This document shows, piece after piece, positions 1 through 14,095 of a stretch of DNA of 64,000 bases; the stretch's first letter is position 1; each line of letters begins with the position of its first letter. The notes below the pieces were generated by a model. It was given only the letters and a program-made list of their open reading frames with translations. It was not told the origin of the DNA and ran no database searches. The DNA comes from Eledone cirrhosa (lineage: Eukaryota): the NCBI GenBank assembly GCA_964016885.1, contig OZ024742.1:286254001-286318000 (forward strand), given 5' to 3'. The translations under genes and the position numbers were made by a program.

Positions 1-44
1 CTTCATACGGATTGGACACTACCGTATATTTTGGTAGATTTATC

Positions 45-50
<6 letters not shown>
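1..50 (+). mobile_element. 3' tail of PLE pLTR (same family as the 28.9-36.1 kb Naiad element), running into (TA)n
   Basis: cttcatacggattggacactaccgta...ggtagatttatctaca matches 36083-36131 and, inverted, 1876-1925. Confidence 0.8.
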
Positions 51-97
<47 letters not shown>

Positions 98-219
98 CTC
101 AACAAGGAAGGTGAAAAAACTGACCTCTTAATTTTAAATCTTTAATTTTTAGTTTTTAATTCTTATTAATTATTTTTAATTGTAATACTCGACATTTGAT
201 AAGATGGATGTTACTGATA

Positions 220-522
220 CATCGAAAGCAGTAATACTTTATATACTTTATATACATCATAAAACCAGTAATACTTTATATACTTTATATACATCATAAA
301 ACCAGTAATACTTTATATACTTTATATACATCTTAAAACCAGTAATACTTTATATACTTTATATACATCTTAAAACCAGTAATACTTTATATACTTTATA
401 TACATCTTAAAACCAGTAATACTTTATATACTTTATATACATCTTAAAACCAGTAATACTTTATATACTTTATATACATCATAAAACCAGTAATACTTTA
501 TATACTTTATATATATCATAAA
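220..522. repeat. 37-bp tandem repeat, about 8 copies
   Basis: unit catcataaaaccagtaatactttatatactttatata starts at 255, 292, 329, 366, 403, 440, 477. Confidence 0.95.
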
Positions 523-647
523 ATTCTTTTTTAAAAGAATTGTCCCTCTCATTTTTTAAATAATGTCACTTTGACGAATCAAAGAAAGGAAATAAAAAGA
601 AAAACAGACCCTAAAATGGTATTTCCAACTTCACCTTTTCTATCTCG

Positions 648-744
<97 letters not shown>

Positions 745-768
745 GACTTTTCAAACAAATTAAAAAGC

Positions 769-834
<66 letters not shown>

Positions 835-867
835 ATGTATATATATATATGTATATATATATGTATA

Positions 868-939
<72 letters not shown>

Positions 940-1526
940 TATTGTTAGTTGTGGGGTGGACAGTGAAAAGGGGGAGTGTGTTAGTGGTGTTAGTTGGAGA
1001 TCTGTGTGTGGGGGGGGGGGCTACAGGAATAGGGGTGGGGAGTTCAGGCCAGGGGGAGTGTGGGTCTGTAGGGTGAAGATGGTGCGTTGTTCGACCCTGA
1101 GGCGGGTGGCGGATGTTCCGTGGCATTGGAGTAGGCCACAAACTGTGTGGTGGTGCGCAGAATGTCCAGGGGAACAAAAGTGGCGGGCGATGGGGGAACA
1201 CCCGCCGAGACGAATATACCGGAGGTGTTCGGTGAAACGTTCCGCCAGGCGACGTCCAGTCTATCCGACTTAGGTTGCACTGCACTCCGTGCAGCGAAGT
1301 CCATAGAGTTGGAGGAGGTGCAGCGGAAGGCGTGCCGGACAGAGCTCTCTCTCTATATATATACATATATATATATATAATCAAGGTCTAGCAAATAGAG
1401 AAAATGTTTTAAAATAAAATTTAAAAAATTCGCAGTACTTACTATATGTGCCTTTACCGCGGTTTCATGCTCCAGAATAAACGGAAAATCCAAGCGGATT
1501 TCTATTGAGAAGGGAGCAATATATAT

Positions 1527-1750
1527 ATGGACATGCTCACCGACATCCAGAGTTGACATTGCACTCAGTGCTCCTTTGGGAGCCCCTACATGGACACACT
1601 AGAAGAGGAAGACCAAGGTTAACATATGTTGATGCCCTAAGGACAGACACTGGTCTGTTGGAGATGCAGGATATGGCAGCGATAATGAGGGACAGAGACC
1701 GCTGGAGAGAACTCGTCCATGGATCTCGGGAATTTTACCCGCCTTAGATA
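1527..1750 (+). mobile_element. RTE-clade LINE 3' end, 5'-truncated, inside (TA)n
   Basis: YGHAHRHPELTLHSVLLWEPLHGHTRRGRPRLTYVDALRTDTG...RDRDRWRELV is a typical RTE ORF C-terminus; last ~150 bp match 20568-20719. Confidence 0.85.
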
Positions 1751-1843
1751 TATATATATATATATATATAGATATATAGCGTGAACCTAATACCAACACT
1801 GTTTGTAACCGCACTCCTTGTTATTGTTTTTATATTTTACTTT

Positions 1844-1875
<32 letters not shown>

Positions 1876-1882
<7 letters not shown>

Positions 1883-2285
1883 GATAAATCTACCAAAATA
1901 TACGGTAGTGTCCAATCCGTATGAAGAACACAATGTAATCCAAATATCATGAAAAGAGAAGATGTATTCAAAAATGTTTTCGATGAAAATCACAGGAAAA
2001 CAGAGTCAAGATAAATTAATAAAAACAATGAATAAAAACAAAGAAACAGTTCCTTATATTAAACAATTCATCATTTTACGATCATTTCTAAGATATATAT
2101 GTGTGTGTTGGTATGTATATCATATAGATCTATGTAAAAATTTTACAAACTATCAGAGGGAATATACATACCTACACATATATATGCTGTCTTCAGAAAT
2201 TATCCTAGAAACGATCGTAAAATGATTAATTTTTTTAATATAAGGAACTGTTTCTTTGTTTTTATTTATTGTTTTTATTAATTTA
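1876..2285 (-). mobile_element. Diverged PLE pLTR (Naiad family) with HHR at 2074-2200 and a short inverted arm at 2202-2285
   Basis: homologous to 35781-36131; minus strand CTGAAGA..long helix II..GAAATGATCGTA. Confidence 0.8.
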
Positions 2286-2471
2286 TATATATATGTATGT
2301 ATACACACATACACACACACGCACACACACGCACACACACACACGCACACACACACACAGATATATATATATATATATAAATAAAGAGAGAGAAACTTGT
2401 TTATGTTTATTGACTTGAGATATTTGGACATGTGTTTGGTAAATATTTATGTTATTTATGTTATTTGATAG

Positions 2472-2536
2472 ATTCTGAAGCGATTAATACAGCAAGAATG
2501 AAATTTCCTGTTGTATTGATCGAAACGTTGGTCAAT
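2472..2536 (+). ncRNA. Hammerhead-like motif (core CUGAAGC)
   Basis: att CTGAAGC gattaatacagc..gttgtattgatc GAAA cgttg GTC aat; helix I is weak. Confidence 0.5.
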
Positions 2537-2821
2537 AAATGATATTATTTAATGTAATTTAATCCTGGTTATATATATATGCTTTGTCTCTCGTCTCTTA
2601 CTCTGAGGACAGCGGGTGTACTAGCAATACCGTTGGTAGGGGTTGAAAAGTCCACCTCAACGGCCGATGACCCTGCAGTTCTGTGTCTTTCTTTGTAATT
2701 CAATTTTTTGTAATCAATTTTTTAAGGTTCCCCTTAAAAAATTGTTTTTCTTTTTGCCTTGTTTTCGTTAGTTGTCTTGTCCTCTCTATTAATATCCCTA
2801 ATTTTATCATATATATATATA

Positions 2822-2868
<47 letters not shown>

Positions 2869-2886
2869 CATAGTTTTCTACATTCC

Positions 2887-3012
<126 letters not shown>

Positions 3013-4028
3013 AATGTAGAAAACTAACACACGAGTTGATATATATGAAAACAAATAGTAGAGAGGAAAAAGATTCTTTCAGTAGAAAATGCTGAAGAGG
3101 TTCTTTCAGTATAATATCAAAACATTTATTTATAAAGTGGATATTTCCGCATTTAATAAATGTACCGGTTTCAGCATTATATGCTTTTTTCAACTGCGGA
3201 TATGCATAATGTATTTATGTCGCATATTTATACGAATAATAAAAAGGGGAAGAAAAATTATTAGTTTTTACATACATATTTAGAGAGGAGAGTTCGTATC
3301 TCTGTTTGTGTTTGTCCTTCGTTCTCTGTCATTTGGCTGACAGAAGTATTAGTTTTAATTCTTTTGGTTTTGACTGGTAGTAGTAAGGGAAGAGGGGGAG
3401 AAGAGGGAGAAGGTGGAAGAGAGGGAGAAGTGGTGTGGGGGGAGAAGAAGAAGGAGACAGGGTATAGGTGTGGTAGCAATCTGTTGTGATGAAAGCCACT
3501 TTCAAAAATGGCTACAAAGGCGAGGTGATTGTTTCTAAAAATATCTATCTTGGTATTCCTGTCTGAAAGACTGTCATTCTTAAATTGCTTTATCTTGGAA
3601 AAAAATCAACGTTGACTTTATAATTTGCCACAAAAAAGATTCAGAGTTACTGAAATACTAATTCTATCTTCACACAAACTTCCAGATTCAGGGAAATGGA
3701 GAAAAGGGATTTCATCGATTCTATTACGGGAAAACAACCAACCAACTATATTGTAGGCCCATGAAGGGTGAGGAAGAAGGAGGACATTGGTGGGATTCAA
3801 AACTAAAACATATCGGGCCGTACATATTGTAAAGCATTTACTTTGACACCTTAATGTTCCTATTTACCTTCGTGAAGGTCCTCAAGGACTAGCTGATTTG
3901 AGTGTTTCTATGTGGTTGCTTGATCTGCATTATATAGTTGTCAGAAGTTGCTGGAATCTTGGAAAAGGATACATTGGCAAAGGGTTAATTTTTCTAGGGT
4001 GTTAATTTTAAAGTGTGCCACCTGTTGT

Positions 4029-4475
4029 TTAGTCCGAAGTGGATGCATTTAGAACGGATGAATTTGGCGATAAAGTGTGATTCCTTGCTAATGCGCTGGA
4101 TGTAGGAAGCGTTGTCTTTAAATTTGTAGAGGGGAAACATTCAAATTCTGAAATTGGGTTGTTCATTAGATGTGCTATCTGTTCACTCAGTGCTATCTTT
4201 CTGTATTCCCGTATTTTGATTTGGGACCTATGGACGGTCATACGTTGTCGGGGGCTGATTATGGTCTGTCCTATGTAGTGCTCTCGACAACCTGAACAAG
4301 TCAACACATAAATCAGGTTTTCTGATGCACATGTGAAATTGTATCCTTGTTTGTGTTGTCCTTGTTTGAAGTGGAACTCCAATCTCTCTATTAGATTGAT
4401 ACATATACCACAGTTGGGTCTTCCGCATTTTTTTTACTGTAGGGTTCATTGTGAAGGTCGCCTGGACTTTGGCCT
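4029..4475 (-). pseudogene. PLE GIY-YIG endonuclease fragment (Neptune-like)
   Basis: CGRPNCGIC linker, then [36 protein letters not shown]; frameshifted. Confidence 0.8.
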
Positions 4476-4537
4476 GTGTATATATGATAAACTTAGGAAG
4501 ATTAACAGAGAGGACAAGACAACGAACGAAAACAAGG

Positions 4538-4634
<97 letters not shown>

Positions 4635-4638
4635 TATA

Positions 4639-4677
<39 letters not shown>

Positions 4678-5014
4678 CAGACAAAACAAACACAGGGATG
4701 CAAAAATATAAAGTCTTATTAGGTTCATGCTTAGAGGATGTGGAGAAAGGTTCCAAATTTCGGACGGAAGGCTTTCATCAGAAAAGATCGGATACAGGTA
4801 GGTAGATGAAAGTTTTGTGTGAACATTAGGAAAGGAAGTTACGAAAACGGTATTAGGAAGAGATTGATAGATTGAGGGTGGTGGCGAGAGGTCCAGCGTT
4901 TTATTGTGTAACAACCTGTTACGTGTGTTGAGGCAAGTGTCTGCAAAGCGCGCGTAACGGATCGATACACAAAAAAACTAAATACATATAAAGGAAATTT
5001 CATCGTTTTTCTTT

Positions 5015-5054
<40 letters not shown>

Positions 5055-5057
5055 TTA

Positions 5058-5153
<96 letters not shown>

Positions 5154-5253
5154 GAAAAACGATGATGTTGATTTGTATATATATATATATATATATATTA
5201 ATAAGAGGAATTCCACAGTTGAAAATTGCAAACTTGACTGTCACCACATATTA

Positions 5254-5292
5254 TGAACCTGAAGATTGCGAAAGCATGAAAGTACTTGTTCA
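5254..5292 (+). ncRNA. Minimal type I hammerhead ribozyme
   Basis: tgaac CTGAAGA t tgc gaaa gca t GAAA gtac TT gttca; 5-bp helix I, palindromic helix III. Confidence 0.8.
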
Positions 5293-5517
5293 ATTAACAC
5301 TTAGAATTTAATATTCTATCATACTATTACATTATAATGCCATTATAAATTTTAAAGGATTGTAAATAAAACGAGTAAATCAGACAAAGTTGGAATTCCT
5401 CTTATTAATATAATCTTCTATACACAATCATACACACCCGTGTATATTTATATATATATATATATATATACAAATCAACACTATAAACACAGAGCTGGCA
5501 TATCTAAGAACTGACTA

Positions 5518-5573
5518 ACTGCCTGATGAGGTTATAGCCATTCAATGGCTATCATCGAAATATATATAGCAGT
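5518..5573 (+). ncRNA. Minimal type I hammerhead ribozyme
   Basis: actgc CTGATGA ggttatagcca ttcaa tggctatcatc GAAA tatata TA gcagt; homologous to 24549-24603. Confidence 0.85.
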
Positions 5574-5703
5574 AAATAAAGGATTATGAGTTCATGCAAT
5601 TGACTTATGTTTCGTCACTATACAAACATATATATATATATATATATACGTGGAGAAATAAAATACAGGAGAACAGACCGTTAAAACATGTTTATTTAAA
5701 ATA

Positions 5704-5743
5704 GCACCTACGTACGTTTCGCCCGTATGCGCTTCTCAAGGGC
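5704..5743 (-). ncRNA. Hammerhead ribozyme with U3-A8 core variant
   Basis: gccc TTGAGAA gcgc atac gggc GAAA cgtacg TA ggtgc; lies downstream of the Naiad EN fragment on the same strand. Confidence 0.7.
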
Positions 5744-6097
5744 ATAATAACTAAAAAGCGTTCCTTACATCACCCGGAATTGGTTTTTAGAGATAACTTC
5801 ACGTCAGAATTCATTTTTCTTAAAAAACATGTTTTGATTTTGAAGTAGGTCAAGGGAGATAACTCTGGCCGGTGTTAGGCCAGTCTTTTCCGGACAAATT
5901 TTTTATCCGATACAAACATGTGGTTACTACCTTACCGTTGTCGATACGCACAGGGTCAGGTATGCAAACGTTTGTTTTGAGACGTTTGTTTTCTGCGCCT
6001 GCCCGCCTGGGTCGATTCATGCCGGGTCTGGGATGCATGGTTAGTTTCCGGATGTTTTTAGCAGCGCCTGCCCGTCAGGGAGACCCGGTTTACGGTT

Positions 6098-6567
6098 TCA
6101 CTCCTCGTTCTTATTCCATCTGAAGTAGGATATTTTTAAGCGGTGTGTACAGCCTATCGTCGTTTCAGCTCTGCTGTTGATGAGCTCGTGGGGTGCCGTT
6201 ATGATGTGGTAGAGCTCCATGATGGAAAGTTCGCACTTCCTCTTGAAGTTGTACGGTGCAGCCCTGCCGACAATTTCTCAGTGCGTGGAGAAGCTGATGC
6301 TTAAGACTTTTAATGCTGTGATGTAGTTCGCGAGCGAAGTGGAGTGTCTTAATTTCTTATTTGCGAAAGAGTGGAGATGTGTTCGAAATCTAATTTTGAA
6401 CGGGCCAGAGGTAGCCCCTATTCAATTTCCCCTAAGGGGGCAGCGTCCCCTAGCGCGGCAGTTGCAATTTCGGATGCTGTCCCTTCTAGCTCCCACGGTA
6501 AGGCTATTATTATTGCTATCTACGTTGTTACCTACGCTCCCACATCTGTCATTAGTTCGCAGCCACC
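6098..6567 (-). pseudogene. Naiad-type PLE Zn-linker + GIY-YIG fragment
   Basis: [64 protein letters not shown]; in-frame deletion of the GIY segment. Confidence 0.85.
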
Positions 6568-6595
6568 ATGTATGTATGTATGTATGTATATATAT

Positions 6596-6702
<107 letters not shown>

Positions 6703-7058
6703 TATATATATATATATATACATATATATATGTATGTGTGTGTGTGTTTTGTTTTCTGATATTCCTAACTATATATATATTATATATATTATACACACAC
6801 ACACACACATATATATATATGTATGTATATAGTCTATATATTATATTATATATTATGTTTATATACATATCTATATTATATAACATATATATTATATATT
6901 ATATATATACATATATACATAAGTCATCAATTTTGTTCCTCATATTCGCTCTTAAACTATCAAATATCGCTTTTAAATATCACTTAAAGTTGAACATTTT
7001 AGCAGTTAATTCATTCAATATAAGCGTGTGTATACACGTGGTCATATATACATACATT

Positions 7059-7167
<109 letters not shown>

Positions 7168-7168
7168 T

Positions 7169-7209
<41 letters not shown>

Positions 7210-7210
7210 T

Positions 7211-7280
<70 letters not shown>

Positions 7281-7358
7281 CATGTATATATATAAAATAT
7301 ATATACATAATGTATATATATATATATATATACATACATAATGTATATATATATATAC

Positions 7359-7640
<282 letters not shown>

Positions 7641-7859
7641 TGACGACAAGTGCAGAGAGATCTCCAGATATAAAGCAATGCCTGTGCCGCGAAGCCCCCA
7701 TAGTGAGCAAAGGCACTGCACAAAGCCAGTCCCACTCTCTTAACCAAGATGATATTTACCAAAAAGAAGAACAAGTCAACATCATTGGATACCATCAGGG
7801 TTGCAGGTGTTATATCAGAGTTTTCCTTCTCCTAAAATTCTGCCTTTTATATATATATA

Positions 7860-7927
<68 letters not shown>

Positions 7928-8099
7928 TTTTGACTATATTTGTAATATGGTTCTTAATGTCACATACATCCTTAGTAATTTTCATTATATTTTTATTATT
8001 TTTATTATATATTTTTGCAATACCTTAGTATATGTACACTCCATATTCTTCGGAACTTCTGGCTTGTATCTGCCGTTATTACTTCTTGTTGTTTGAATT

Positions 8100-8137
8100 G
8101 CCCTGATGAGTCCTTAATAGGACGAAACATTGTCGGC
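8100..8137 (+). ncRNA. Minimal type I hammerhead ribozyme
   Basis: gcc CTGATGA gtcc ttaata ggac GAAA catt GTC ggc; canonical core and GUC site. Confidence 0.85.
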
Positions 8138-8183
8138 TAATAAAGACTTTTGATGTATTGAAGGCTTCTTTGTTTTACTCTCG

Positions 8184-8263
<80 letters not shown>

Positions 8264-8283
8264 GTATATATATATGTATATAC

Positions 8284-8328
<45 letters not shown>

Positions 8329-8347
8329 TATACATATATATTTATAC

Positions 8348-8448
<101 letters not shown>

Positions 8449-8462
8449 TATGTATATATGTA

Positions 8463-8499
<37 letters not shown>

Positions 8500-8666
8500 G
8501 CGTAAACTCGACTGGGGGAGTCCCATGCTGGTCCATAAAGATTTACAAAGCAAATTTTCACTGCAGAGGTAAATGTTTATTTCAAATACCTTGAACCATT
8601 TCCACTGTGTTAACAATCTGAACAAAGAGGTGAAGTAACTGTAATGGCATTATATTCACGTGTTAT

Positions 8667-8888
8667 AGGGTGGTGGATTGACAGTATTGGTAGAGGGTCG
8701 GGCTGCATGCTTTGCAGCATAGAGTTACGGCCCTTTATGATCTGAGCTCAAATCCCGCCGAGGTTAACTTTGCCTTTCATCCTTATGGTGTCGATAAAAT
8801 AAAGTACCAGTCACGCACTGGGGTCGATTTAATCGACTTTCCCCTCCCCTCCAAATTTCTGGCCTTGTGCCTATATAAGAAACCATTA
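8667..8888 (+). mobile_element. tRNA-derived SINE (Meta-domain-like), near full length
   Basis: B-box-like gagctcaaatccc, then aactttgcctttcatcc..gtcgataaaataaagtaccagt; more than 12 copies in the window. Confidence 0.8.
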
Positions 8889-9077
8889 TATTCACATGTT
8901 AAACACACAAATATATACATACTGAGACGCACACATACATATATGTGTATATATAGATAGATATATATATATATGTGTATGTGTATCTCATATATATGTG
9001 TATATATATGTGTTTTATATATATATATATCTTATATATGCAAATATATACATATGCATATATGCTTATGTATATGT

Positions 9078-9109
<32 letters not shown>

Positions 9110-9149
9110 GCTTATGTATATGCTTATATATATATGCTTACGTATATGC

Positions 9150-9199
<50 letters not shown>

Positions 9200-9281
9200 T
9201 TATATATATATATAAATATATATATATTTATATATATATATATGCATATACATAAGCATATATATATAAGCATATACATAA

Positions 9282-9340
<59 letters not shown>

Positions 9341-9882
9341 GGTCTAGTCCTGTAGAGACCATTTCTATATTATATATATATATACATATATATATGTATG
9401 TATATATATATATTATGGGAGTCGATATGATCTACTAAATCTATTCAAGGTTGTGGGACCCAGCATGGCTGCAGTCTAATGACAGAATCCAATAAATGAT
9501 TAAAAGAAAAAATTTATATATTATATCATCTGTTGACAACCATAGAAATGTCACACTAGATTTTGATGTTAGGAAGAAATGTCAATTGTGAGGTCATTGA
9601 CCGCCGTTTCAAAGAAATCGATAACCATGTTGCTAAAGGCAACGTAGGAAAAAAACAGCAGCCGTTTGTAAATCAATACAGCAATTGCTTAGTTGCAAGC
9701 GCAACTATCTTAGAGGAAATTTACAACTTGCTAGCTATACAGACACACATACGCCCACACACCTATTTATATATACACTTATATATGTTCACACATATAT
9801 ATATATTAATAGTTTTATCATTATTATTTTCATTATTATGGCTAAGTGTTTGTCTCGAGTTTTACTTGTATTCCCACAGGAT

Positions 9883-9924
<42 letters not shown>

Positions 9925-10048
9925 TTATTAAAATAACAGATTAAAGTTTAAGCAAAGAATCGCTGCTTTCACCCTTAACGGGATCTATATATATTTATCC
10001 TTATCGAGCCCTCTTTGGATTTTAGTCTTCAAATTTATTATTATTACT

Positions 10049-10121
<73 letters not shown>

Positions 10122-10482
10122 TGTAAAATCCCGACCGCGGATAAATATATATATACGACTAGCTACCAAGTTCCATTCATAGTCCTTGCTCAATTGAAAC
10201 AATGCTGTAGTAAAAGACACTTGTCCAAAGTGCCATGTGACGGGATTGAACCCAGAATTACAAAGTTGCGATGTAATCTCTTTAACCATAGAACTATACA
10301 GAGGTCTAACAAGAAAGTTTTAATACCTAGAATATATTGAAATTTATTTTTATTTATACCTGAGAGCAGAAGTATATTCTAAGAGACGTTGAAACTCTGT
10401 CAAATAGAATACTTTGCGTTAATTTTTCCAGTTCTCTACGATCAAAGTTCATATCCCAATGAGGTCAATTTTACCTTTCAAG

Positions 10483-10549
<67 letters not shown>

Positions 10550-10954
10550 AATAACAGAGAGGGGAAGACAATGAACGAAAAACAATTCTTTAAAGGGAAA
10601 CCTTAAAAAATTATTTTTTAAATATAAAAATCCAACTGAAGGACATAGAACTCCAGGGTCATCGGCCATTGAGGTGGACTTTGGCAGTTTCTACCCCTAC
10701 CAACGGTACTGCTGGTCCACACGAGATCACAGTGTCTGACACAAGCCAAACGCTGTTCAGTGGAATTAGAGACAAGAGAAAATTATTAATTTATAGTAAT
10801 TAAACTAACTTGTATTTTTAACCCGTTTGAAAACATACCCGTTGGACCCGCTGTTCATTTTAAAGCGTTTATATTTATCTGAAACCTTTCCAACATAATA
10901 TTATGTAAGAACCTTTGTTACCTTATACTGCCAATACCAGCTTGATGCTGAGAA

Positions 10955-11127
10955 AGTTATTGGCAGTATCGGTAGAGGGTCAGACGCTATGCTTTGCAGC
11001 ATAGACTTACGGCCCTTTACGGTCTCAGTTCAAATCCCGCCGAGGTTAACTTTGCCTTTCATCCCTATAAAGTATCAATAACGCATTGGGATATATGCCT
11101 GCCTGTGCCAAAAGTAGAAACAATTAT
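10955..11127 (+). mobile_element. SINE, same family as 8667-8888
   Basis: gttcaaatcccgccgaggttaactttgcctttcatcc. Confidence 0.75.
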
Positions 11128-11972
11128 TAAATTTATCTTAATTCTTTATTATTTTTTACAAAATGATATGAAAATCATAGGCAGTGAGTTTCATTAGAAA
11201 CATAGTAATGAAAGGTTTTTAAAATATATTTTTCTAAAATCTTCCATCATTATTTTAAGTAAGAACCTCAGTTAAGTTATGTTCCAAACACTAATTTAGA
11301 AATATAGTAATGGAAGGGTTTAAAGTATTTACATTTATCTAAAAAAAACCTCCCATCATAATTTTAAGTAAGAACATCAGTTAAGTTACGTTCCAAAAAC
11401 CAGATTAATAATAAATAAGTTAATTATTTAATTATTATTATTTAATTATATAATTTTCAAAATTATTTAAAAATCATAAGCAGTGTCATTCATCAGAAAT
11501 CTGATAAGGAAAGAGTTAACGAAGGCCTTAAAATATAGAGGAGCTCAAAAATATTATAAGGTTTATAGTTTATTTCTTTTGTTTTTGGTGGGGTTTTCGT
11601 TGTTGTCTTTTTCTATTCCTCACCGGCAAGTTACAATGGTGTACTATAATTAAAATAAAATGTCTTTAACATTAGAATAGAAACCACGTGACAATAATAT
11701 CATTTTACCGGTATCTTACTCCTCTACTACAACGATTGTTACAAACTACTGCAATATCAATTTGTAGTGATGCTGATAATAATAATAATAGTAGAGTCGT
11801 ATGTTGTAGTCTGCCACTGCATCTAACAAGCTGCATGTTACTCTATGTATGGCAGTGGAACAATGTCTAATGCTGCTAGACAGCTGCAACTGCAACTGTA
11901 ACATGCAGATTCCAGTGAAGGTTCTACGATCAATTGTTACACATACACACATACACACACATGCGCGCGCGC

Positions 11973-12049
<77 letters not shown>

Positions 12050-12146
12050 GTAGGTCGATTGTTTGAACAACTAACTGATTCCTTGGAATAATTATATATA
12101 TACACACACATATATATATACATACATATATATACTATATTATATT

Positions 12147-12217
<71 letters not shown>

Positions 12218-12366
12218 CATATTATTAACGCTATAGAGTGTGTCGTTATTATTCTGTAATTTCGCCTGTTTATCACAGGATCACTATTTATTTAGTCTTA
12301 AGAAAATGAATATTTAAACTCTACTTCGGTATTGAGTACTCTTTTCTCTCAGCCGCCAACCACATA

Positions 12367-12397
<31 letters not shown>

Positions 12398-12534
12398 TCT
12401 TTATTAGGGCTCGGTGATGAGTCTTGTTACTCTAGAGTTTCACCTGTGAAATTTGGTAGACAGAAACTGTGTTGAAGTATGTGTGTGTCAGATCTCTCTC
12501 TCTCTCTGACACACACATACTTCAACACAGTTGA

Positions 12535-12695
12535 ATCAATCCCTGTACTGGACTGATATTTTTATCATCGACCTTGAATGGAAGAAAGGCAAAGTTGATC
12601 TCAATGGGATTTGAACTCAGAGCACGGAGCACAGGGACGAATAGCACAAAGCATTCTATCCGATGTTATAAGGACTATGCCAATTTGCTGTCTTA
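12535..12695 (-). mobile_element. SINE, diverged copy of the 8667 family
   Basis: gaaaggcaaagttgatctcaatgggatttgaactcag on the + strand. Confidence 0.65.
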
Positions 12696-12879
12696 TTGAT
12701 TATATTGCAAACACTATATGAGTTTATAATTTATTTAATATTCACAATTAAAAAACAATAATATTTAAATGAAGCTAAAAAAGGGGAAAGAAGGAAAAGA
12801 AGGAAAAGAATTAAGCAATGAAAGGGAAGGTGGGGAGAGTGGGGGACTCTAAACCGCAGTGTGTGCGGTGATTCGGCTG

Positions 12880-13305
12880 TATCTGGCAAATAAAACAGTG
12901 AAGGCATTGTTATGGAAAATGGATAGTGATACGTGTTGCAACAGCCACCCCTCCTCACAGGGCTCCCTCCTCAAGCAGGCTGCTGTCTTTCTGATTTTGC
13001 AGAGGAAATGAGCAGTGCGGGGACCAAGGGCACAATAAATCTTGGTGGAGATTGGTATAAAGAGGATCAGGTCCCAGTATTAGACTATCTTCCTCTCCTT
13101 TGTGATAATGTGGGGACCCAGGACACCAAAGGTCTCGATGGTGGCCGGTACAAAGAGGAAGCAGTCGATCAGGCCTATCTTTCTCTCCTCTATAACAATC
13201 TAGTGAACAAGGGCACCAGAGGTCTCGATGCGGACTGGTACCACATTGGAAACCGTCAGTCAAAACCCGGTATATAGATATCTTCATATCTTCTCTTAAT
13301 TGAAA
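12880..13305 (-). pseudogene. CRE-like non-LTR retrotransposon RLE C-terminus with a triplicated segment
   Basis: VVPVRIETSGAL / FVPATIETFGVLGP / FIPISTKIYCALGPRTAHFL..REPCEEGWLLQHVSLSIFHNNA; homologous to the 25185-25430 ORF. Confidence 0.65.
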
Positions 13306-13308
13306 GCA

Positions 13309-13344
<36 letters not shown>

Positions 13345-13509
13345 TTGTTAAAACAAGAAACCAAAACAGAAAAAGTATCTGTGGAAAAACTCACTTAACT
13401 CAAAGAATAATTATGTAGTTTAGTTGATTGAACAACTGGAATGAATGCTCATAGTCGAAATTGACGGAGATCCCTTTACAGATGTTAAGTAAGATCTGAT
13501 AACTACCCT

Positions 13510-14095
13510 AATAATGGTTTCTGATTTAGGCACAAGGCCAACAATTTTTTTTTTGGGGGGGGGGGGAGTCGATTAAATCGACCCCAGTACGTTACTGGTA
13601 CTTTGTTTTATCAGCCCTGTAAAGATGAAAGGCAAAGCTATCTTCAGCGAGGGTTTGAAATCAGAACGTAAAGGGCCGTAACTATATGCCGCAAACCGTA
13701 TTGCTCGTCGCTCTACCGATTACTGCCAATCTACCGCCCTATTGATGATGATTTCTGATTTAGGCACAATGCCAACAATTTTTGAGGGGAGTGGAAAGTC
13801 GATTAAATTGACCCCAATGCATTACTGGTACTTTATTTTATCGACCTCGTAAGGATGAAAGGCAAAACCAACCTCGGCGGGGCTCAAACACAGGACGCAA
13901 AGGGCCACAACTCATGCTGCAAAGCATGCTGTCCAATTCTCTACCGATATTGCAATCCACCTCCCTTTAAGATGAAAGACAAAGCTAACCTCAATAGGAT
14001 TTGAACTCAGAACTTTGCAGCATATAAGGTAGAACTCTATATGCCACAAAGCATGTTGTCCGACGCTCTACTGATTAATGCTGCCAATCCACCCC
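13510..14095 (-). mobile_element. Three tandem SINE copies (8667 family)
   Basis: copies at about 13510-13740, 13745-13968 and 13969-14095. Confidence 0.8.

Noticed and set aside
3290-3960. Possible LINE ORF1 or 5' UTR remnant (also 4680-4975)
   Set aside because: Strand-skewed unique sequence with no recognisable motif; it cannot be classified by eye
8667-8760. tRNA genes at SINE heads
   Set aside because: Only A/B-box-like motifs are present with no cloverleaf, and they are followed by the SINE body
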